Below the pieces are notes generated by a model. That model did no database searches, had not been told where the DNA came from, and worked only from the letters and a program-made list of their open reading frames with translations. The translations under genes and the position numbers were made by a program. Shown one piece after another: positions 1-10,940 of a DNA stretch of 64,000 nucleotides; the stretch's first letter is position 1; each line of letters opens with the position of its first letter. Source of the stretch: Hydrolagus affinis (Eukaryota); NCBI GenBank assembly GCA_012026655.1, contig JAAILG010001249.1, positions 1 to 64,000 on the forward strand, in the 5' to 3' direction.

Positions 1-86
1 TGTGGGGGATTGGTGGAGGGGAGGTGTGTGGGGGGGTAGGTGGGGAGTAAGAGAGAGATAGAGAGAGAGAGAGAGCGCGCGGAGAT

Positions 87-245
87 TTGGTCATTCAATC
101 CATGACTGTTTGTCGGATGATGCTGATTTGTCTGCTGGATTTTGACCACAAAATACACAGTCACTCCGCTTGACAGCGGATTCCGCGAAGCGCCTCGGGA
201 CGTCTCGACGACGTGATAAGGCGCTAGATCAAATCCAGGGATTAT
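87..245 (+). mobile_element. SINE 3' half (tRNA/Deu-type family), degraded
   Basis: ttggtcattcaatccatgactgtttgt...gaagcgcctcgggacgtc...gtgataaggcgct matches the family consensus seen at 52310-52623. Confidence 0.7.
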
Positions 246-737
246 CATTCTCCTTGTTTTAACAATTCGGGAAAACCGTGTACGCAAGCGGTGTGTGTGC
301 GCGCGCGCGCACGTGCGTATGCATGCGTGTAGGGGAGGGTGGCGAGGGCGGGTGAGGTAAAGGGAGGAGGGGGATATGATTGGATTTGATCCGCTGCTTT
401 GAATCACAAAGCGCTCGGGTTCTGTCCCCTCCCGGCTTTGTGTTTTGGCAAAAGAAAGTACACCGGAGGCTCTCGAGCCATTTGCTGTTTGGAAGCTGTT
501 GTGAAGATTGCAGCAGAGATAAACTGAGCACATGGCCATAGTGAAACCGCCGGCAATGTGTATGTGTGTGTGTGTGTACACACAGTCCTTAGCACGTGCA
601 GGCAGCCATCTCTGTTATTTAGATACAAGTGTCAGGGTGACAGCTGTCCACCACCACCAACAACAATATTAAAACGGCAAATTGCCTCTATATAGCGCCT
701 CGCTTATGGATGTTCAGAGTGGCTTCAAATCCCCTTC

Positions 738-917
738 AAATAACAATCCTCGCGTTTGATTTTGCACCGGATCGTGTCGGTTGAGACGCCTCAAAGCGTT
801 TCACAGAATACGACGACGGCAACATCGCGTTCTGGTATTCCTGTAAAGCGAATTGGCTGTACATTTTGTGGGCGAAACTTTGCCAACACAACAGCCACAA
901 ACAGCCGCGGATCGAGG
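738..917 (-). mobile_element. SINE 3' half
   Basis: Reverse complement of the family tail (tcaaagcgtttcacagaata...ttttgtgggcgaaac). Confidence 0.7.
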
Positions 918-1344
918 GCAATTACGCAGAGATGGTGGGAGACCTGTTTTTGCTTGCCGAGGGACAAATGTACAGTGAAGCGTCCTCTCTCGTTTCTTTT
1001 CACCTTAAGCTGCCCCTGTCGTGCAGTTATCTGGTGATTTTTGTGGCCGCGTTGAATGCACTCCAGTGTGTGCTTTGTTTAAGTGGAGTGTTTAACCCTT
1101 TCCTGAAGTTGGCCTTTGTGAATCTAAACCCGTGTCCTCTTGTTCTGTTGCTGTGTTCCGCTTGCTTGGTTTGTGGAGGTGTGTGTGTGTGTGTGTTGTT
1201 GTTGGGTTCGGCTGTAGGCCTTACTGTTTCCCGACAGATATGACAATGTGTTACAATTGTCTGATTGATGCGCAGAACTTATCAATATTAGCACAAAAAA
1301 TAGCACAGGCTATTGGGTTACAGTTCAGCTCCAATCCGTTAAAG

Positions 1345-1630
1345 TTCATCAGTGGCTGGGCGGGCCTTCATCCACTCTGCCACCCCCAGACCCACCTCTG
1401 GAACTCCATCCTACCATCCCTCCGCCTCGCCCCAGCCCTTGCCTCCTTGAAGACCTACCTCAAGATCCCCCCCATTTTCAACTGTGCTTTCGAATCAACC
1501 TTTTTCATCCCCTGCCCTCCATAACTCAACCCCAATTCCCTACCCCCAGCTCGGGTCTGAAATACTGTCTGTCCAGCTCCTTCGGATGTCCTCCCGACGT
1601 GAAAGGCGCTATACAAATGAAATTATGTTG
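1345..1630 (+). mobile_element. L2-clade LINE 3' fragment
   Basis: Translates as HLWNSILPSLRLAPALASLKTYLK..FNCAF (L2 ORF2 C-terminus). The 3' end is gtcctcccgacgtgaaaggcgctatacaaatg, and it is homologous to 20285-20722 and 61300-61530. Confidence 0.8.
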
Positions 1631-1691
1631 AGAAAGAAGTTAAATAATTGGTCCCAGTCTTGTGCTTTACCGTAAATGGCTGATCAGTTAT

Positions 1692-1825
1692 TACAACAAT
1701 AATAATACTAATCCTTGAATTTGATCTAGCGCCATATCACGTTGCTGAGACGTCTCAAAGCGCTCCACAGAATATACCGTGACTGTCATATATATTTGTG
1801 GGCAGCCAATTGCGCACAGCTCTGT
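1692..1825 (-). mobile_element. SINE 3' half
   Basis: (AAT)n tail, gacgtctcaaagcgctccacagaatat, gcagccaattgcgcacagc. Confidence 0.75.
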
Positions 1826-4272
1826 GCTGCAAACAGATGAAATGACAACCCCCGTATTGGCGAAAGAAAAAGTCCAATCACTTTGCTGCCCATTCACTCC
1901 AGATTGAATAGGCTCCTCATTTCAATAACAGTAGCTCTCGCTGCCTAGCTCAGCACTTTGAGATGGCGCTGTGTGAATGCAAAGCATCTCCTTTTGTGGC
2001 CTTGCTCTCTCGTTCCACCACTCTCATTCTTTCTCACACTCTTCCCGCCACCCTTCAACACTCCCTTCTTTTCTTAAAAAACGGACGAACGAACGAACAA
2101 ACAAACGGACAGCAACAAACGGTTTGCGATTTCGTTTAGAGCGGAAACCCGAAGCCTTCAATGTTTCTCTTTCTTGTAATCGACTCTTAATGTGAAACAT
2201 CCCGATCCCCAACACATGCCTCGCTCTGTTGTCAAAGACACAACTGACGCACAGTTCCATCGCTTTGGTATCCTATTAGCGTGTGAAATTCCCAAATGTA
2301 CAAACGCAATCCTTGCCCCTTTGATGCCTTACGCCCAGCAGTATCAGCCTTTCAAGTCTTTATCCCTCGACGCTGACTTATTGCTGTTAAAACCTCATCC
2401 ATTTCAATGCACTCTCCGACTTACAAAACTCGCTGCTAACATTTCCTTAATGTTTGCCACGCTGCTCAAGAGAGAGAAGTAATAATAATCCTTGCGTTTG
2501 ACAATCCTTAGAGCCATCACTAATTCCAGGTAGGAGAGTTTTGAAACCCCAAATCGCTCGCATTCGTGGTATTCTCTTTTGTTGTGGTTAGGCTTTGGCC
2601 CAGTAGACTTATACGCTGTTGTAAACATGAAACCTTTTGTTTAACAACCTGTCACTTGAAGCATTGCTGCTTTCGGGAAAGTAACTTGATCCATTTCCAA
2701 ACTGTCAGTCTCCGAACTAACGGGGAATTTGCTGGCTCCCTCCGGCCTTCCCCTTCACGCGATGCTCAGTGGGGCGAGCGCGAGCTGATTGACGGACAGC
2801 CGCTCGGTGAAGGTTATTCAAAGTGAAAGCAACAAACAATCGAGCAAGCAGGTGTAATTTCCAGAATCGTTAGGTGTAGGCATTAGTTTCGTAATAATTT
2901 CACCATCAGAAATTTCATAGTTTCACTCACCTTCAGAAGTTTTGTGTCGGTTTTCAGTTTTCACTGAAATTGCATCCCATTTCAAAATTACCAACACACA
3001 CACACACACACACACAAAATATCCGTTTGATACTTGGATTCAATATAGCGCCTTTCACGTCAGGAAAACCTTGCAAAGCTCTTCAGGGGATATATCATTA
3101 AAGTGTGTACAGCACTGTGCGTTGCAACAGTGATGAATGCAGTTTTGATGAAGAATGTGTGGACTGATCACAAGCAATAAGTGGTAAGATTGGGTAGAAG
3201 TTAGTTGTTTGTTTAAGACTTTCTAAAGCTGGTCGGCAATCCCCCCTAATAAAAATTAATCCTTTGCTTCATGGCTGTTCACGCGATGTGTATTAAAGTT
3301 GTTTGCCTATTAAAAAAAATACACAGTCACTACGCATTACCGTAAATCCCTGGAAGCACATTGAGACATCCGTCTGACCCGAAAGAGGCTCTGTCGAATG
3401 CAAGAATAATGAGTGTATTTCATCAAATATTCATCTGTACTTGTTAGCGACAGTGGCCAGACAGACCTAAACACTGATTGTCAAACCCTCTACATGAACA
3501 GCACTCAGGCACAATGCCTCGTGGACTACATGAAGCGCAAATTATTGCTGTCGTTGGAGAATCTGACGCATTATCAGTGCCCCCATGGCTCTCCTATTAG
3601 TGTTTATGTGGATACGTAAGCAAAGTGGACTCGGGAGAGAGAGAGAGAGAGAGGAAAAGAAAAATCTGTGGCGGTGGCTTCTTTCCTGGTTTGGTAGACG
3701 AGCAGAATTGTGGATCGGTTTCAAATGAACTTGGATCCGATTGATCCGCTGTGGCTGCCGGCCTAGTTTGACACGATGCACTGTGTATTGGTTGCTCTCG
3801 CTGAACCAACCTCGCAAAGCGCAAAGTGCAATTTTCCATTCTTAGCCGTCAATAGATGGGACTGCGAGTGTGTTGAATTCATTACAGGCAGCGTCACTGC
3901 GTCGGCTGGCTCCGATTTGCTGCCTGTTACTCACTCCCGTTGGCACAAACGGTAGCACAATTCCTGACTCCCGACTTTCGAATCCCATCCATTGAAAAGG
4001 GAAAATAATCGGCAATTTTGATCGGCGTTCGCGTTGATTCTCTCCATGACATCCTCAAAGGGCTTCAAGGCAATAATCCCGTGTGAACGCTCTAGCTCGT
4101 ATCAGCTCAAATTATTTGCCGAGTGGCAGCCTGGCCTCGGTTTGGTAAAGGCTCTCGTCTACCAAGTGAGCCAGGTAGGCGGGTTCAGTGGCCCACTGAA
4201 CATGGTTTAGCGCCATCTTGTAGGTCGATTGTTGAAACCCGATGGTTTTTATTACCTGTTAGTAAAACTGAA

Positions 4273-4305
4273 TTTTGTCTTTCTCTCTCTCTCTCTCTCT
4301 CTCAG
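4273..4305 (+). promoter_or_regulatory. KCNJ2: 3' splice acceptor of the KCNJ2 coding exon; polypyrimidine tract made of (CT)n
   Basis: ttttgtctttctctctctctctctctctctcAG|G. The exon would start at 4306, ~206 nt before the ATG. This fits the known KCNJ2 architecture of a non-coding first exon plus one coding exon. Confidence 0.75.
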
Positions 4306-4310
4306 GTCAA

Positions 4311-4343
4311 ATGACCGCTTATCTGTGGATGGTTGAGTGTTGA
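4311..4343 (+). promoter_or_regulatory. Upstream ORF (MTAYLWMVEC*) in the KCNJ2 5'UTR
   Basis: ATG 4311 to TGA 4343, with a second ATG at 4329. It lies just inside the predicted exon, in the same frame as the main CDS. Confidence 0.6.
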
Positions 4344-4511
4344 TCTGTAGACGAGAGCCCTGGGTGAAGCCAAGGCCGCCTGCGAAGGTCCACCCTCCCA
4401 TTCGTGGGTGCGTTCGTCCAGCGCGTTCCAAAACTGTTTCTTCAAAGGTTGCTGCGGACACTTTCGAGACTGTATCCCAAAGTAGAAACGCAGCAGTCCC
4501 AGGCGTTGGCA

Positions 4512-5801
4512 ATGGGCAGCGTGCGTGCCAATCGCTACAGCATCGTGTCTTCGGAGGAAGACGGAATGAAGCTGGCCACCATGGCGGTCGCCAACGGTTA
4601 CGGCAACGGCAAGAGCAAGATCCACACGAGGCAGCAGTGCCGGAGCCGGTTTGTCAAGAAGGACGGGCGCTGCAACGTGCAGTTCGTGAACATGAGCGAG
4701 AAAGGGCAGCGCTACCTGTCGGATATCTTCACCACCTGTGTGGACATCCGCTGGCGGTGGATGCTGGTCATCTTCTGCCTCTCGTTCATCCTGTCCTGGC
4801 TCTTGTTCGGCTGCATGTTTTGGCTGATCGCGCTGATGCACGGCGACCTGGAGAAGACGGTGAGCCCGACGGAGCACAAGCCGTGCGTGTCGCAGGTCAA
4901 CAGCTTCACCGCCGCCTTCCTCTTCTCCATCGAGACGCAGACCACCATCGGCTACGGCTTCCGCTGCGTGACCGAGGAGTGCCCCGTGGCCGTCATCACC
5001 GTGGTCTTCCAGTCCATCGTGGGCTGCATCATCGACGCCTTCATCATCGGCGCCGTCATGGCCAAGATGGCCAAGCCCAAGAAGAGGAACGAGACGCTGA
5101 TCTTCAGCGACAACGCCGTGATCGCCATGCGGGACGGCAAGCTCTGCCTCATGTGGCGGGTCGGCAACCTGCGCAAGAGCCACCTGGTGGAGGCCCACGT
5201 GCGGGCGCAGCTGCTGAAGTCACGGGTGACCTCCGAGGGCGAATACATACCCCTGGATCAGATCGACGTCAACGTGGGCTTCGACAGCGGCATCGACCGG
5301 ATATTCCTCGTGTCGCCCATCACCATCGTGCACGAGATCGACGAGGACAGCCCCTTCTTCGACCTGAGCAAGCAGGACCTGGACAACTCGAACTTCGAGA
5401 TCGTGGTCATCCTGGAAGGGATGGTGGAGGCCACGGCCATGACCACCCAGTGCCGGAGCTCGTACCTGGCCAACGAGATCCTCTGGGGCCACCGGTTCGA
5501 GCCCGTGCTCTTCGAGGAGAAGAACTACTACAAGGTGGACTACTCGCGCTTCCACCGGACGTACGACGTGCCCAACACGCCGCTGTGTTGCGCCCGGGAC
5601 TTGGCGGAGAAGAAGTACATCCTCTCCACGGCCAACTCCTTCTGCTACGAGAACGAGGTGGCGCTCATGAACAAAGACGAGGAGGAGAGCGAGGGCGGCT
5701 CGCCGGAGACCGTGAGCGCCGAGGCGGTGCCCGGCACGGACCACAACCAGGCCACAGTTCCCCTGGAGCCCCGGCCGCTCAGGCGGGAGTCCGAGATCTA
5801 A
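4512..5801 (+). CDS. KCNJ2: Inward rectifier potassium channel Kir2.1 (single coding exon, 429 aa)
   Basis: The ATG at 4512 (GCAATGG, good Kozak context) is Met37 of ORF 4404..5801. Motifs: N-terminus [19 protein letters not shown]1 WRWMLVIF, selectivity filter [10 protein letters not shown], rectification Asp in IIDAF, PIP2-binding [10 protein letters not shown]-export FCYENE, and the Kir2.1-type C-terminus [11 protein letters not shown] (PDZ ligand). Confidence 0.97.
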   Translation: MGSVRANRYSIVSSEEDGMKLATMAVANGYGNGKSKIHTRQQCRSRFVKKDGRCNVQFVNMSEKGQRYLSDIFTTCVDIRWRWMLVIFCLSFILSWLLFGCMFWLIALMHGDLEKTVSPTEHKPCVSQVNSFTAAFLFSIETQTTIGYGFRCVTEECPVAVITVVFQSIVGCIIDAFIIGAVMAKMAKPKKRNETLIFSDNAVIAMRDGKLCLMWRVGNLRKSHLVEAHVRAQLLKSRVTSEGEYIPLDQIDVNVGFDSGIDRIFLVSPITIVHEIDEDSPFFDLSKQDLDNSNFEIVVILEGMVEATAMTTQCRSSYLANEILWGHRFEPVLFEEKNYYKVDYSRFHRTYDVPNTPLCCARDLAEKKYILSTANSFCYENEVALMNKDEEESEGGSPETVSAEAVPGTDHNQATVPLEPRPLRRESEI

Positions 5802-5877
5802 GAACAAAGCCGCCTTGAGTCCTTTTTTTTAATTAATGAATCAATCAATTAATTAATTGAAAAAGTATTGGTCAAAC

Positions 5878-5890
5878 GAGAGCGAGAGAC

Positions 5891-5924
<34 letters not shown>
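5878..5924 (+). repeat. (GA)n microsatellite in the proximal 3'UTR (others at ~50-75, 7732-7752, 17792-17812, 20261-20282, 21334-21358, 56162-56207)
   Basis: Directly visible dinucleotide runs. Confidence 0.9.
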
Positions 5925-5925
<1 letters not shown>

Positions 5926-6699
5926 TAAAAGCACATTGCGTTGAACTGTGCCCAGAACAGTGAAGCGAGGACGGTACACTCGAGGTGAGACATCGGCTCA
6001 AACGAACTGCCACACACACACACACAGGTCGATACCCTCTTATTGCAGAAGGCGACGAGAAATCGTTCTATCTTTCGAGCAAAAGCACTAAAATGGATGA
6101 TTTCCTACACAAACCGCGGAGGCACATAGTACAGTACGCACTGACGTACGCTACAACTGTTTGGCAACACTTGAACTTGCAAGCAAGACTGGGCGGATGT
6201 GAATGGATCTGGTAACTGCCCGCGCTCTACCAGACGCCTCATGATTGCAGCTCATCAATCCCCCAAATGGAGAGGATTTGGTCCGTCCATTCCACGGAAT
6301 GGCTTAACTCAATATCTGAAAGTATACTTTGTTCACTTTAAGTACAGTGACCACTGAGGACTGCAGTTACTAGACAAAGGTCTTACCGTTAGCAAGTGAG
6401 CCTGCATTCTTAATAGTATTTATTACACTGGTTTTCTTCCAATGATTTAAAAAAATATATATATATATCTATGTCTATATATATATATATATCGTGGGGG
6501 GAAAAAAAAAACTCAGCAATATTTATGCTCCACTATTTTTGGCGGGTTTAATGTCTATTTTTTTAAAATATATAAACAAAATCTCTCCCAAACTCTTCCC
6601 TCCCAAACTCTTCCCTCCCACCGCCTTCCCACCCCCAAACATTGCAGTTCTTTAAACTACGTTCGGTGGGCAGTCCCGAGACAGTGAGCGCTCACGGAA

Positions 6700-6868
6700 C
6701 CCTATGCCGCAGTTAATCGCAATGCTCGTCAACCCCACAAGACATACAGTTGTTCAGCCCGCAAAATATATACAGTCAATTCACTTTACAGTAAATTCTG
6801 TGAAGCGCTTTGAGACGTCTCAATGATGAGATAGGAGCTACTATCAATTGCAAAGATTATTATTATTA
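6700..6868 (+). mobile_element. SINE 3' half inside the predicted 3'UTR
   Basis: acagtcaattcactttacagt..ctgtgaagcgctttgagacgtc..gattattattatt. Confidence 0.75.
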
Positions 6869-8362
6869 ACCCTTGCCGATGACCAAATTGTGTGATGTAG
6901 ATGGGTTGGGAGCAAGTCTACTTGGGTACAAGATGGGGTGGGGTGGGGGGTGGGAAGGAATTTTTCAACAAGGTCCGGATATGCCCTGTTTACCCAACAT
7001 TTCAGGCAAAAACCAGGCTTTGGCAAATTGCTGAGTTCGTCCTCCACTTTGAAGCCAGCTTAAAACTAAACTTGCTGCTTAAAGGAGTTAAGGTTGGATC
7101 TAAGAATTTGTCGGGGGTTGGGAGGGGTGTGGTGGGGCGGTCGTGAATTGCTGCATAAATCCCACCCTGGAAGGAAGCCGTATTGTATAAAAGATAATGA
7201 AGGACAAACCGAAACACGGACATGGCGATACTTGAATCTTTCAAAAACCTTTCTCTATTTCGAAGAAATCTTCCGGCACAGGAGCTGAGAAGGTGAGACT
7301 CGAGTGCAAGTGACAGATTTGGACTATGTCCTGAGAATTGCGTCTTGAATAAAACCAGCTTGACTGGGAATCAGAGACATAAGCTTCGGGTGGATTTCAA
7401 AACAAAAGGCCCAGTTATCCCCAAGACCTTATCCTCCCAGGATGACGCGCTTCTTGTTTTCTTCCTCTAGCGTGGCTTCTAGCGTGCCAGGATTCTGGCC
7501 TCGACCTGTCTTCCCAGGAACCCGTTCCAGTTGTCAATTTGCCCACTCTGGCTGGAGAGAGAGAGAGAAAAGCAATGCTGCCTGACATTGGTTCCCAAAA
7601 CCCTGGGCCAAAATGCACCCTGAAAACACCCTTGGGGTTGTCGATCGGGCAAGAGGGTAAGAGGGTGTGCTGCCAACAAGCAAAGAGCAAAAGTGAGCTT
7701 CTCAGCGAGTATGCTGCTGAGGCAGCGGCTCGAGAGAGAGAGAGAGAGAGAGTGCGGGAAGTGGGGGAGTGAGAGAGAGAGAGAACGAGCACGGGTGGGA
7801 GCCACTTGAGGAGGTCAAACGTAACACGCTATTCTTTCCGGAAAGTAAGTTCAAAGGGACTTAACCTCCCATCTCCCCACTTCCAGCTCTTGGAAAGAGG
7901 GTTTCTAATTCCCTCCTTCCTATCCACCTGTTTAGCCGAATTGGCTGACACACAGGTCACGCGATACAAGTTGAAGTCTCACCAGTTTTAGTTTTAAAAA
8001 AAAGTAGATTGCCACAGCTGCATCAACAAGCTTGCCTCAGACTCACTCCTTCCATTCCTCCCCCCCCTCCCCCCAACCCCACCCACTCACCCACCATTCC
8101 CTGGCCTTTTACTCATCCTGTCCCAGATAACAGAAGCAAACAATCTTCCTCCGGGCGAAATTCAGATACTTACTAAAAATCTCAACTTTCTCAAAATCTG
8201 TCAATTTGAACGCTCCAACTTCCGAAAGGCTCGCTAATGTAGTCCAATGGGTCACTGAACTTTCAGGTATTAACTCACAGGGTTACAAATCCCGTTCAGT
8301 TACAGCAGAGTGAGTGAGTGGCCATGAGCTATCCCGTTAAAACGCCGAGATTGTCAAAATTG

Positions 8363-8482
8363 TGTTTCGCACACAAAAGACGCAGTCAAGTTCACTTTAC
8401 AGTACATCCTGCAAAGCGCTTTGAGACATCGACAGTGTTATAAGGCGCGATATCAAATGCAAGGATTATCATTATTATTATT
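8363..8482 (+). mobile_element. SINE 3' half inside the predicted 3'UTR
   Basis: ttcactttacagtacatcctgcaaagcgctttgagacatc..atcaaatgcaaggattatc. Confidence 0.75.
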
Positions 8483-9961
8483 GAAAGCGTTGTTTGTATG
8501 TGTGAGATGCGTGTGAGATGCTGAACGGAATTTCTACCCCTCCGTGCGCGAACAAGCTTGGTGACGTGCCGTTTTTTTTTTTCTTTTTCTTCTTTATTAT
8601 TTAAAAAAAACACACGGAAACGGCTTTCGACCATTTCGAAGCCGAAGTATTACTGAAGGAAAGCCTTGGAAGTGGAACACAAAGAAAGATGTGATTTCAT
8701 ACCAGTATTTTATCCTTTTTGTTTAAAAAGAAAAAAAAAGCAGAAAAAATAATCAGAAGGAAAGGCACACTTGAAGGATTTTCGTTGTTGTTGTCGTCGA
8801 GCTGACAGGAGGACTGTGTTCTTGAAAGGGTTATTGACATTCTGGAGGCAGATGCACATGGTTGCAACATACGTTCCATTGCAACTGGTCCTCTGCAATG
8901 TCTAAGAATAGCTTTGTTGGCAAACAGCCTCCCTGCGGACTCCAATCACCTGTTTAGGGAGTGTGACTGCCACTTAAGCAGGGCGACTGCACATAAAAGG
9001 GGGAGATGGTGCATCGCTGCGATCACCATAAGTGGTTAGGGAGGAAACTTAAGAAACCGAGCGACTGTCGAGCTGAAGGTTCGATGTTGGGTTCTGCGTG
9101 GGGTGGGCGGGGGGGTGAAGCGGTGGGGGACGTGGGGGTGGGACGGAAACGGGGGCGAGAGAAACTGAGCAATTTGTGAGACGCGTCTCGAAAGTCCAAA
9201 GATCCAAGGGAGATCCGAGGCAACTTGCTTGTCTATAACGTTCTTTTTTTTATATATATATATAAAAAAAACTTTTTTAAAAAAAACTTGCAGATTGTGG
9301 ATGAAGTGAAATGATTTGCTAAAAGCTGCTGCATGTGCTGCTAAAACCGTATCAGTCAGTTACTCAGAAGGGAATTGTCAACCAAAGAGTATTCAAACCA
9401 GCAAGTAAAACAATGCGATCGAGAGACAGAGAGAGAGAGAATATAAGGAACTGGATATTTAACCAGTTTGGATTCAACCTGCCAAAATGCTGCCATTTCA
9501 TGGAGGAGACTTTAAGCACATTTTTTTTGTGATTAGGGGAAGGAGGCAGGGGTGGGGCGCCCGGGGCGGTGGGGTGGGGAGGGAGGTGCGGAGAAGCAGA
9601 GAAATGCAGGAAAACCCCTTCTTGAACACAAATCGAGTCTCAATTTTTACTCTGATACGTATTGATCAGAAATGACATTTTGAAGAAAAACAAACTCTTG
9701 CAATATAGTTTTTAAGAGAAAGGAAATTGTACAGTTTATAAAAGTTTGACAAATATTTTCATATTTAAAAGCCAAATGTACAGAGATTCAAAAATGTAAG
9801 AAGATGCTGCGGGAAAGGATTAAAACTGGCAAAACAAACAAAAAAATTCAGTATCTTATCAAATGGATAGAACCTAGATGCTGCAAACTAGTGCAGGACA
9901 CTTGATTTTTAACATTGTTCAGCTTAATAGGGTTTTTTTTTCCGATGTAACTATGAACTTA

Positions 9962-9970
9962 TTATTTATT
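9962..9970 (+). promoter_or_regulatory. AU-rich element nonamer UUAUUUAUU
   Basis: ttatttatt within cttattatttattatttaag in the predicted 3'UTR. Confidence 0.5.
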
Positions 9971-10625
9971 ATTTAAGCATGACGTTAAATTCATAGAATA
10001 TCTTAGTGGCATTTTGTTTTATATTATAAATTAAAAAAAAACGGGAGGGGGGGGGTGGGGGGTGGGGGGTGGGGGGAGGGAGGGAAATCCCAAACAAAAA
10101 AACTTTTTATATGAAAAACACACACAAAAAAAAGAAAGTTTGGAATGTTGCAATTTTGTCGAGACCTGACAAGCTAGCTCATGCACTCTTTGTACAGAAT
10201 ATATTTCTACTCAAAAGAAGGAAGATTTTTTTTTGAAGCCTTTCTATCGAGGCGATTGTTGGGATAGCAAAATTGTGAAGTACTGTATCAATCATTAAAA
10301 TATAGCTGCTCTCGTCCAGTTAAATTATTCATTGCTGCCTAAAGTGGTCACCTTTTCAGCCAACGAGATTTTTCTTTTGTTGTCGTCTTACAAACTCTAG
10401 CTCTCCCTAGAGAAAACATTTGCAGCGGACACACTCTAGGTTAAAATGATTGTTTTTTTTCCTTCTTTTTGGACAATGTTCTGCATTGTTGTATCTCTTA
10501 CCTTCCTTATTTGCTGCCTTTATTTTCTTAATGTATCAATGTCTTCCTACTGTACTGCACAGGTCACCGTTTGGACAGAATTTTTTTTTTAAAAATCATT
10601 ATTGTATGTCTTATTTTATGGTTGA

Positions 10626-10631
10626 AATAAA
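10626..10631 (+). terminator. Polyadenylation signal AATAAA (distal)
   Basis: Preceded by U-rich sequence and TGTA elements (10532, 10551, 10603); followed by GU/U-rich tgctgtcgtttgc. A further AATAAA at 7348-7353 could be a proximal site. Confidence 0.6.
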
Positions 10632-10734
10632 TTTGTGAAAAATTATGCTGTCGTTTGCATTCTAGTCATGTCTTCTGCACTTCGGTTCCCCACCTCCCCT
10701 ACTTTACACAGTCTCAACCCTCTCCCTTACTCCA

Positions 10735-10940
10735 CTTTCCTTACTCCACACGCCTAATAATAATCCCTCAAAAAAAAATTGGTCATTTCAATCCACGACT
10801 GTTTGTGGGACACTGCGCAATTTGCTGCCACAATTCCCCCACAAAAAATACAGTCAATTCACTTTACAGTACATTCTGCAAAGCGCTTTGGGACGTCTAG
10901 ACAAAGTGAAAAATGCTATTTCAAATGCAAGGATTATTAA
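10735..10940 (+). mobile_element. SINE lacking the tRNA head
   Basis: tttccttactccacacgcctaataataatccc..ttggtcatttcaatcc..caaatgcaaggattatt. Confidence 0.85.

Larger units (their letters stand above)
5802..10650 (+). other. KCNJ2: Probable long KCNJ2 3'UTR
   Basis: The AU-rich distal part (9690-10650) has an ARE and UGUA motifs and ends at AATAAA followed by GU-rich sequence. Mammalian KCNJ2 is known to have a multi-kb 3'UTR. The 3' end is inferred. Confidence 0.6.

Noticed and set aside
2680-2860. Possible non-coding first exon or promoter of KCNJ2
   Set aside because: Some CpGs and a weak CAG|GTGTAA donor are present, but nothing is strong enough to call without transcript data.
4302-5807. 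Antisense ORFs of 298 aa and 195 aa over KCNJ2
   Set aside because: Shadow ORFs expected from the extreme GC3 codon bias; no recognisable domain.
4337-5818. 493-aa ORF overlapping KCNJ2 in another + frame
   Set aside because: It has no ATG. Its first codon position is the KCNJ2 third position, which is nearly always G/C, so stops (which start with T) are suppressed. The product is low-complexity and Arg/Gly/His-rich.
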